A stretch of 47,666 bases of DNA from Cronobacter phage CS01. Made by a program: the position numbers and the translations under genes. The notes beneath the pieces are model-generated. The model was not told the origin of the DNA. It was given only the letters and a program-made list of their open reading frames with translations, and did not search any database. Below are positions 36,055 through 43,230 of this stretch, one piece after another. Location: the sequence record MH845412.1; one strand, 5' to 3'. Every line of letters begins with the position of its first letter. Position 1 is the first letter of the stretch.

Positions 36055-37197
36055 TCACTTAAGCATTTCCGGGGAAATAGTTAACCGGCTAACTTCTCCG
36101 TACTGGTCACTATAAGTGATGACGTTTGCGCTGCGCTTGCTCAGCCACCCACCGCGAGAAGCATAAGCATCTTTTGCCGCAAGCGTGCGGTGTTGCTCAA
36201 TGACCATGTTCCTGCTCTCTACCAGCTTTTGATGATGCAGATGACCAACGTGAGCGTAGCTGTATTGCGTTCTCCCGAACGTTTCGCGGTACTTGCTGAT
36301 CATTACCGCCTCAATGGCGTCAAATCTTGCCTTGTGACCGTGATGGAAGAAAAGCGACGTCTTGCCATGCTCGATCATCTTGTACACGTCCGGGTCGGTG
36401 TCAACAATGACGCGAGGCTCATCAACATAAAGCGCATTGAACATCTCTGCAAGCCAAATCATGCCGCTTTCGTCGTGGTTGCCCTGAACAATCAACAGCC
36501 GAACTTCTTCATGTTTCTCCAGCGCCATAGCCACCACAGACTTGACCATCTGGATCATGTATCGGACAAGCTTCTGATATCGCGTGTCGGCATCCAGAAC
36601 GTGACCGCTTGCATTGGTCACAGCCTCCAGGCCGTCAAAGTGCGCGAAGTCACCCAGCAAGTTAATCACGCCGACGCGGGCTGCTGGAGAGATCTCAAAT
36701 GCAGCGCCAAACCATTTGTAGAACAAATCTCGCGCGATGCTCATATCCCAATCGTCGCCTGATTCCTCTCCCCACGCCAGCATACCCAGGTGATAATCTG
36801 ACACGGTGTAGAGGTTGAGAAGATGTTGAGAGTGGATTCGTTGCAGATCGGACTGTCTGAAAGGAACTGGAGCAACCGGCTTAACATCTTCGCAAAGGGC
36901 TTCTACGGCCATCCGCATTAACTCCATTTGGCGTTCTTTGTCCTGATCGGTTTTCAGCCAGGCCTGCTTAAACTCACCATGCTTGCCTATCAGAGTTGAT
37001 ACGCCTTTTACCTTGTAACCGTCCGGAACCATCCCGGAATAGTCGCGGCCATGACCATGACCAATACGGCTTAATTTTCCGCTGCGTGCTTCAACAGTGC
37101 GAACGTGCATACCGTATTTTTCGGCGATTTCGCGAAGCGTTAAACCTTTGCGACGTTCCTCTAAAAGCTGCGCATCGGTGATTTTCTTTTGACTCAT
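36055..37197 (-). CDS. HTH plus calcineurin-like metallophosphoesterase
   Basis: GLTLREIAEKYGMHVRTVEAR HTH; VSDYHLG, LGDFAHFD, VQGNHD, HVGHLHH metal motifs. Confidence 0.82.
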   Translation of the reverse strand: MSQKKITDAQLLEERRKGLTLREIAEKYGMHVRTVEARSGKLSRIGHGHGRDYSGMVPDGYKVKGVSTLIGKHGEFKQAWLKTDQDKERQMELMRMAVEALCEDVKPVAPVPFRQSDLQRIHSQHLLNLYTVSDYHLGMLAWGEESGDDWDMSIARDLFYKWFGAAFEISPAARVGVINLLGDFAHFDGLEAVTNASGHVLDADTRYQKLVRYMIQMVKSVVAMALEKHEEVRLLIVQGNHDESGMIWLAEMFNALYVDEPRVIVDTDPDVYKMIEHGKTSLFFHHGHKARFDAIEAVMISKYRETFGRTQYSYAHVGHLHHQKLVESRNMVIEQHRTLAAKDAYASRGGWLSKRSANVITYSDQYGEVSRLTISPEMLK

Positions 37198-37286
37198 TTC
37201 AGATCCTTATTGCATTACCACAATGTAAACAAAAAACCAGGGGATTAACGCGGCCAATACTACCCCGATAAAACTTTTCACACAAT

Positions 37287-37541
37287 TCACCTTAACCTTT
37301 TCTTTTGCTCCTTCGTCTGATTGACGATGGCCTTCGCGTCAATCTTAACAGGAACGGCAGGAACGCGGATCATCTTCCTCGGCTTCTCATTTAGGTATGT
37401 CATGCGACCATTGCCGATTATGCTAACGTCAGAGATATCAAAGAATGACGCGATCCGCTTTATGTCATCATCAAGCCCGCATTCCTTTGCGTGCTCCCAA
37501 ACCGCCTGGCGACCAGAATCAACCTTCATCAATTTCACCAT
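37287..37541 (-). CDS. hypothetical
   Basis: 84 aa ORF. Confidence 0.55.
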   Translation of the reverse strand: MVKLMKVDSGRQAVWEHAKECGLDDDIKRIASFFDISDVSIIGNGRMTYLNEKPRKMIRVPAVPVKIDAKAIVNQTKEQKKRLR

Positions 37542-37755
37542 TCAGGTCAAATGATCTCGCCATCTTCTCATAAACCCAGGCAGCCTCTACGCCATGCGCA
37601 GCGTTAAAGTAGACCTGTCCGATAGCGCCATCAAGAAAGAACTCTTTCGTATCTTTCAGATAATCGGCAATGCTGGAACGCGAAAGGTTGAGAAGGTGCG
37701 GGAAGAAAACGCGAGTTTTTGCCGGTACGATTTTGATAGTTTTTGCGTAGTTCAT
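37519..37755 (-). CDS. hypothetical
   Basis: start MNYAKTIKIVPAK, GAGGG upstream. Confidence 0.6.
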   Translation of the reverse strand: MNYAKTIKIVPAKTRVFFPHLLNLSRSSIADYLKDTKEFFLDGAIGQVYFNAAHGVEAAWVYEKMARSFDLNGEIDEG

Positions 37756-37784
37756 GATGAAGCCCTCATTTGGTTGATGAAACA

Positions 37785-37828
37785 ATAATACCCGCATTAC
37801 GCGGGCATTGTTTAGCATTTAGTGCTTT
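37785..37828 (-). promoter_or_regulatory. marbox-like box plus hairpin plus -10 (TATTAT), 18 bp apart
   Basis: AAAGCACTAAATGCTAAACA-N18-TATTAT; 13/14. Confidence 0.7.
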
Positions 37829-38061
37829 TTGCACATTTCCTTGTCGCACTCGACGAAGCTTTCAAGCTCCCTGGCGATGTAAATCGGCCATTCTTTGAGA
37901 TCGTACTTTCTGATATCCTCAAAGCTCATATCAAGCGCGCCGGAGAAATCCCACGGATCAGGAATTACCGCTGACGCATAAGCGTCTTTGGTTATCATCT
38001 CGCAAACGAGACCACGGAATAAAAGCCATTCGCCCTTATCGGTTAATTCAGCTACTCGCAT
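37819..38061 (-). CDS. hypothetical
   Basis: 80 aa ORF; C-terminus MCKKH encoded within the box. Confidence 0.6.
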   Translation of the reverse strand: MRVAELTDKGEWLLFRGLVCEMITKDAYASAVIPDPWDFSGALDMSFEDIRKYDLKEWPIYIARELESFVECDKEMCKKH

Positions 38062-38771
38062 TAAATACTCCTTGCCTTTGCCCGGCGATTAAGAACGGAT
38101 GGACAGATTTCGGAAATCTTAACGTAATGGGTTTTTTGAGTCTCACCATCTTTTAATTTTCGCATGATGAAAATCACGCTGCCTTTGTTATTGCCAGATA
38201 CCGGCTCGCCGGTTAATCCTGAAATAAAGGCCAGGCGACCGGTGCGGGAATATTTGCGGCCTTCTTCCTCCCATGAATCGCCAATAATCCAGATGATTTC
38301 CGCAGCGTGCTTTTGCGCGTCGGCAAACCAGGCAGTTGACGGATCGGCAGGTAGAAGCATGTCAATTTGGTTGTCGTGCTCCATCTGCTCAATAGCCTTT
38401 AAGACGAAAAGGTCAGGTGCGCTATAAGGAGGATTCAGCCACACATGCTTTCGACTTCCCCACCAGCGCTTGAGGCAATTAGTTTCTGCGCTGTAGAATT
38501 TTTCGCACTTTTTATTTGATTCCGACGCCGCAGCATCCAGATCATATTTTCCGTAGCGATTCTCAAGCCACTGGATAATTTCGTCGTTCGTTTCCCATAG
38601 GTCACGAACAACGTCAGGAGTCTTAGACCCTAAATAACGGTTTCCGGTAACTTTGAAATACTGATTCGGCTTAACAGCTTGGTAATGCCCTCCAGACGCC
38701 AGCGCAGAGCGAACAAGCAAATTGCTGTTAATGAAGCCGTCGATTGTCTGGATATCATTGTTGTCTTTCAT
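38061..38771 (-). CDS. DNA N6-adenine methyltransferase (phage Dam-like)
   Basis: DLDAAASESNKKCEKFY...VWLNPPYSAPDLF. Confidence 0.85.
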   Translation of the reverse strand: MKDNNDIQTIDGFINSNLLVRSALASGGHYQAVKPNQYFKVTGNRYLGSKTPDVVRDLWETNDEIIQWLENRYGKYDLDAAASESNKKCEKFYSAETNCLKRWWGSRKHVWLNPPYSAPDLFVLKAIEQMEHDNQIDMLLPADPSTAWFADAQKHAAEIIWIIGDSWEEEGRKYSRTGRLAFISGLTGEPVSGNNKGSVIFIMRKLKDGETQKTHYVKISEICPSVLNRRAKARSI

Positions 38772-38780
38772 TTTTAACCC

Positions 38781-39065
38781 TTATTTCATTAATTGACCAA
38801 ACTGAACCGCGTCTTTAATGTCGGCGCGAGGAACGTAATAAAAGATATCAGCCATGCGACTTGAAACATATTCTACATCGCTGCTTTTTGCACGCGCTCC
38901 TCGCTTGCATACTTCGGAAATTATCTGCCCGTCTCGGTCTCCGTGTGTGAAAGCGTATTCAGCCCCCAAAGACTCACATTCAGACTGGTAGCGCGGAGTG
39001 AATCCAGTCGATGAACATGCTGAAAGTGTCATAGAGACAATAATTGATAAAACAATGCGTTTCAT
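38781..39065 (-). CDS. small lipoprotein (possible superinfection-exclusion/Cor-like)
   Basis: MKRIVLSIIVSMTLSACSSTG signal plus lipobox LSAC. Confidence 0.6.
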   Translation of the reverse strand: MKRIVLSIIVSMTLSACSSTGFTPRYQSECESLGAEYAFTHGDRDGQIISEVCKRGARAKSSDVEYVSSRMADIFYYVPRADIKDAVQFGQLMK

Positions 39066-39092
39066 GATTTTCCCCTTTAAGTTGACTAGATA

Positions 39093-39136
39093 ATGATACC
39101 CGGCATCGCCGGGCACTGTTTAGCTATTCGTGCTAT
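39093..39136 (-). promoter_or_regulatory. marbox-like box plus hairpin plus -10 (TATCAT), 18 bp apart
   Basis: ATAGCACGAATAGCTAAACA-N18-TATCAT; 14/14. Confidence 0.75.
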
Positions 39137-39563
39137 TTGCCAGCATATCGGCAACAGCGATCTCGAATTGATTTACTCCATAGGTGACGGCGGCGAATCC
39201 TCCGCGCTCTCTAACCTTCCGCAAAAATTCGCGCTGCTCCTTACTGACCGGTGAAGCCTTTCCTTTCCCGCTCTTATTCACGCGTTTCATCTCGATAGCG
39301 CCGAAAGGATACTTGCAGCCTGGGCGGCTAAGACCAATCAGGAAAACGTAGTCGGAAACTCCCTTTAGTAGACCGGCCTGGTCATCAAGTAGCGCGGAGT
39401 GGATATGCTTTTTCCCCTCGTTAACTGTATGCCAAAAAAGCAAATCTTCATGATGAACTCGAAGGAAGGTTACGCCATCTACCTGGTGGCTTTCCTCCTT
39501 TCTGGTGTCGCTCGGATCTGGCTCGTAGTATTCCAGATAATCGCCTTTGTCTTTAATCGTCAA
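39120..39563 (-). CDS. VRR-NUC-like nuclease
   Basis: FGAIEMKRVNKSGKGKASPVSKEQREFLRKVRERGGFAAVTYG. Confidence 0.65.
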   Translation of the reverse strand: MTIKDKGDYLEYYEPDPSDTRKEESHQVDGVTFLRVHHEDLLFWHTVNEGKKHIHSALLDDQAGLLKGVSDYVFLIGLSRPGCKYPFGAIEMKRVNKSGKGKASPVSKEQREFLRKVRERGGFAAVTYGVNQFEIAVADMLANSTNS

Positions 39564-41589
39564 TTTGGAACTCCTTCTTATAGATATTGTCTTGACCCTT
39601 CGCCGTTTTACGGTGCGTCACTTTAACCGGCGCTGAAATAAGGTGCGCATACTGCATAATCTTTCTTGCGTTCTTGTAGCTCGCCACGATGCCCGCCGCC
39701 TTTTTATCTCCCTTGATGTGTTCAAGCGCGGCTTTCATCCATTTTTTTCGGCAGATATTGTTATCTGATTCCGGGAAGAATGTTTCGTATGCCATGAATG
39801 AATCGCCATCATGGGAAAGCTCATACTTAAATACGATGCCTCGCTGGTTTTTTGTCAGTCCAACATTGAATGAAAGGACGTCAAACCAGTCGTTTTTTGT
39901 GTAATGCTTGTGGCTCAGGTTTGCGTTAGGGTCTACCAGCGAAACATCACAGCAACGGCATATCCGAGCAACAACATCATTCTTCGTTCCGCAACCAGGA
40001 TGGATTAATTTCTTAGTTCTCGGATCAATTCTGTCCTCGCAAATCTGATATTTCCAGAAATATTCACAGCGTTTCCCGTCCACCTCGTTAATGCAGCGTC
40101 GAGCATAAAAACTATTCCACGTTCCGCAAAGCTTGCATTGTTTCGGGTCTTTGCCGTTACGGTTTCGGCTTTGGTATTGGGCCTGTTCAAGTATCGGATC
40201 AAAATAAAGCTCGCCAAGCTCATCCATAGTTCCTGAAAAGTCAAACACAAGGTGATCGTCTTTGGTAAATCCCTGCTCCTTGTGCCATTTCTTCAACTGC
40301 CTCATCCCACGGCCCAAAAGCTGAATAAGTAGCGTAAGAGAGCTTATTTTGCGAAGAATAACGCTGGTATCCCAATATGGAACGTTAACGCCAGTCGTCA
40401 GAGCGTTTACCTGGAAAATATATTTTACTTTCCCCTCAAATGCTTCCTTAAGCCATGCTGCTCGCTTTTTCTCCGGCGTCTTGCCGGTAATGATTCTGTA
40501 AGTAACACCTTCTGGTAAAGCGTCGGCGGCTTCCTTGCAGTGTCTTTCCCCGGCGCAAGTAACCAGCACGCCATTCCTGTTTTTGCACGCCTCATGAACG
40601 AATTTCATGATTCGTATTGTCATGTCGCCGGACGACTCGATTTTCTTCTCCATCGCCTTGAGGGTTTTTAGATCGAAGTCTTGAACGCCGTCAACTTCCG
40701 AGGCGTGGAACTCTGAAAGGTCATATCCCAGGCCGCCGCCGTCGCCGAAGTTTGTCGGAACAACAGAGCCGAACTTCACCAGGTAGCTGGTATTAATATC
40801 CGTCACCTGCTCCCGCCAGAATCCAAGTTGTTTTTTGTCCTCAACCAAAATTGGTGTCGTTCCACGGAACTCCGATCCTGTCATGCCAAAAATACGCAAT
40901 TCCCGACGGTGAACTTCCCGGCATCGCTTCATCAGTTCCATGATGATGATCGTGTATTGCGCACGTCCTGTTCCGGTCAATGGAAGCCCGTCCGGCCCGA
41001 TAAGAAATTCTTCGGCCTCGCCAGGGTTGGTGATATCGAAATCAGGATTTGGAATCTTCTCGCCTTTCGGCGTGATCATCTGGAGGATGCTTTCTTTGCG
41101 GTCAATCGCTTCGGCCAAATCCTCCCAATCGACCTGGTGACATTCATCAATGCCAAGCACGCTAGGCGCGAAGTCACCAAGCGCCTTATAAAGACCGTTA
41201 ACCACGCTTCCCTCTGAGCCAACGACGATGGGAAAGTAGGCGCTTTTTAAGTTAAGCCCGGCGCAGTAAACGGAATTTGGAACGTTCAGATTGCTGATTT
41301 CCTCGGAGTCCTGATCCACAATTTCCGCCTGGCGCGCCAGCACAAGCATTTTCAGGCCCATCTTTTGGCACTGCGCAGCAACCATTGCAAACATCAGCGT
41401 TTTACCGGCAGACACGGAAGCCTTTACGAAAAATGGATGCTGGTACATAGACAGGCGTTTTGCGATCTCAACGTAAGCAACGCACTGGTAAGGGTATGGA
41501 ACAATCTCGCCAACGGTGAATCGTTCCTGAATTGATTTTATCTTTTCCGGCCCCAGCGCTGCGATCTGCTTTTCAATGTTAGGAATCAT
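39553..41589 (-). CDS. SF2 DEAD/DEAH-box helicase
   Basis: VKASVSAGKTLMFAMVA, LGIDECHQVDW, motif VI-like QLLGRGMRQ, zinc-finger C-terminus. Confidence 0.88.
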   Translation of the reverse strand: MIPNIEKQIAALGPEKIKSIQERFTVGEIVPYPYQCVAYVEIAKRLSMYQHPFFVKASVSAGKTLMFAMVAAQCQKMGLKMLVLARQAEIVDQDSEEISNLNVPNSVYCAGLNLKSAYFPIVVGSEGSVVNGLYKALGDFAPSVLGIDECHQVDWEDLAEAIDRKESILQMITPKGEKIPNPDFDITNPGEAEEFLIGPDGLPLTGTGRAQYTIIIMELMKRCREVHRRELRIFGMTGSEFRGTTPILVEDKKQLGFWREQVTDINTSYLVKFGSVVPTNFGDGGGLGYDLSEFHASEVDGVQDFDLKTLKAMEKKIESSGDMTIRIMKFVHEACKNRNGVLVTCAGERHCKEAADALPEGVTYRIITGKTPEKKRAAWLKEAFEGKVKYIFQVNALTTGVNVPYWDTSVILRKISSLTLLIQLLGRGMRQLKKWHKEQGFTKDDHLVFDFSGTMDELGELYFDPILEQAQYQSRNRNGKDPKQCKLCGTWNSFYARRCINEVDGKRCEYFWKYQICEDRIDPRTKKLIHPGCGTKNDVVARICRCCDVSLVDPNANLSHKHYTKNDWFDVLSFNVGLTKNQRGIVFKYELSHDGDSFMAYETFFPESDNNICRKKWMKAALEHIKGDKKAAGIVASYKNARKIMQYAHLISAPVKVTHRKTAKGQDNIYKKEFQIDD

Positions 41590-41607
41590 GCCTTTTTCTC
41601 ACCTCTT

Positions 41608-41671
41608 TAAAAGTGCTATTTTGCCTGTATAATACACCGAAACGAACTTCCCTATTAACAAAAAATGCTAT
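41608..41671. promoter_or_regulatory. divergent control region: box plus -10 facing helicase gene, second half box facing HTH gene
   Basis: minus ATAGCATTTTTTGTTAATAG-N17-TATTAT (11/14); plus TTAAAAGTGCTATTTTGCCTGTATAATAC. Confidence 0.5.
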
Positions 41672-41682
41672 GAGGTGACACT

Positions 41683-42141
41683 ATGACTACACCGGAACGA
41701 ATTACAGCGTCTACTGCAAAAGTCGATAAGCGCAAGATTAACGGCAACAATGGAACGCGGCGCGGGCCTGACAAAAAGCCACGTAAGCGCCGTGAAGGTT
41801 ATTATGTTCTGCGCCCGGAAGTTCGCGCAGGCTTGCGTGAGCGCATGGAAATTGTACTGGAGTATCTCGGCGGTCGTCCTTCCGTGATCGCGAAGCGCTT
41901 AGGTGTCTCTATGGGAACCGTTCAGCAGTGGCGCATCAGGGGCATGATTTCTGCCGAAGGTGCCCGCCTTGTCCATCGTGACTATCAAAAGAACAAGTGC
42001 AACGGATACCGCGCCAGATTCTGCCGACCTGATCTGCAATTTGACGCGAACGGAAAACCCCTGGTGACGAAGTGCCGCCGCCGTGAATTTCTGACAACGT
42101 TCCGTCATAACCGCCCACTTCGCGGTAGCACGAAAAGCTAA
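41683..42141 (+). CDS. HTH transcriptional regulator (Cro/YdaS-like)
   Basis: PSVIAKRLGVSMGTVQQWRIRGMISAEGARLVHRDYQKNKC; GAGGTG upstream. Confidence 0.7.
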   Translation: MTTPERITASTAKVDKRKINGNNGTRRGPDKKPRKRREGYYVLRPEVRAGLRERMEIVLEYLGGRPSVIAKRLGVSMGTVQQWRIRGMISAEGARLVHRDYQKNKCNGYRARFCRPDLQFDANGKPLVTKCRRREFLTTFRHNRPLRGSTKS

Positions 42142-42168
42142 ACATCATCGCCCACGTAGACCTATCAT
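42125..42168 (+). promoter_or_regulatory. marbox-like box plus -10 (TATCAT), 18 bp apart
   Basis: GTAGCACGAAAAGCTAAACA-N18-TATCAT; 13/14. Confidence 0.7.
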
Positions 42169-42197
42169 TGCGTGGGCTTTTTATTTTTGGAGGTGCT

Positions 42198-43142
42198 ATG
42201 AACGCCGAAAACCTTATGATGTACCAGAAAGAGGATGTACTGCCATACATGGGCGGCATGTGGAAGGATGCTTTACAGTCTATTTGCGGGCTGTCTCCTC
42301 AGGTATTCAACAAAAAGCATCAGCCATGCCCGCACTGCGGCGGCAAAGACCGCTTTCGCTGGACTGACAACCTGGACAAGCCTGGAGACGGCGGCGCGAT
42401 CTGTAACTCGTGCGGAAACGATACCGGCATCGGCTGGATGATGAAGCTTACCGGCGAGCCTTACTCGGAGGTCATAAACATCCTGGGCCGCTTTTTGGGT
42501 AAGGTGCCGCAGGAGTACAGGATCAAGAAAAATAAGCAGGCATCCAGATCCACTGGTTATAACTTTGGCGCTCAGGTTGAACATGAGAAATGCCTTGCGG
42601 TAATGGAAAGAACAGAGGCAGTCGTAAGAACGCCTCTAAGCGTTTATGAAGGCATCTCTCTGCCGGATGGCGAATGGTACTTCGTGGGGAAGAAACCGCG
42701 CGAGATTGCCGCTGATGAGCTAATTCACGCCATCCCATGCAGGTTGGTACATGATGACGGCCCGGATGATGAGTTTTGCAACATTCTTTTCATTGATGAG
42801 TCTGGCAACGAGTCTTTTTATGCAAAGCGATATACGCCGGGATCGGTTGTTGTGAACGGCAATACCGATGGGGCAATTTACCTTTGCTCTGACTGGATAG
42901 CTTCGCAACACGCCAGGTTGTTTACCGGGCAAGAGATCTGGACGTGCTTTACTCCTTACAATATCGAGATGGTCGCGTTCCGATACAAGGGGCCAAGAGA
43001 GATTCGGGTCATTTGCCATCCTGATGATCGCGATTCGATAATCGCGGCAGAGGAAAGGCAGCTAAAAGTTCTCCTTCCGGTAGATGGTGATTTTAAAAAA
43101 GGAATAATGAAAAAGATATTCGATCCATCGAGCCTGCTATGA
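42198..43142 (+). CDS. DNA primase (zinc-binding/toprim-like)
   Basis: CPHCGGKDRFRWTDNLDKPGDGGAICNSCG. Confidence 0.85.
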   Translation: MNAENLMMYQKEDVLPYMGGMWKDALQSICGLSPQVFNKKHQPCPHCGGKDRFRWTDNLDKPGDGGAICNSCGNDTGIGWMMKLTGEPYSEVINILGRFLGKVPQEYRIKKNKQASRSTGYNFGAQVEHEKCLAVMERTEAVVRTPLSVYEGISLPDGEWYFVGKKPREIAADELIHAIPCRLVHDDGPDDEFCNILFIDESGNESFYAKRYTPGSVVVNGNTDGAIYLCSDWIASQHARLFTGQEIWTCFTPYNIEMVAFRYKGPREIRVICHPDDRDSIIAAEERQLKVLLPVDGDFKKGIMKKIFDPSSLL

Positions 43143-43152
43143 CCGAACTACA

Positions 43153-43175
43153 ACCCGCCACGGCGGGTTTTTTTA
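43153..43175 (+). terminator. rho-independent terminator
   Basis: ACCCGCCacGGCGGGTTTTTTTATT. Confidence 0.7.
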
Positions 43176-43187
43176 TTGGTGGCGTAA

Positions 43188-43196
43188 TGCTATTAT
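43188..43196 (+). promoter_or_regulatory. candidate extended -10 promoter for tail fibre gene
   Basis: TGCTATTAT 34 bp upstream of ATG, no clear -35. Confidence 0.35.
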
Positions 43197-43230
43197 CACT
43201 AGGAATTTAAACACTTGATAAGGTGATTTT

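Noticed and set aside
31092-38771. Restriction-modification or defence island
   Set aside because: Two methylases are far apart with no restriction endonuclease candidate; they fit phage self-protection.
41683-42141. HTH gene as evidence of a temperate lifestyle
   Set aside because: No integrase, excisionase or parA/B seen; gene order fits lytic T1-like phages.
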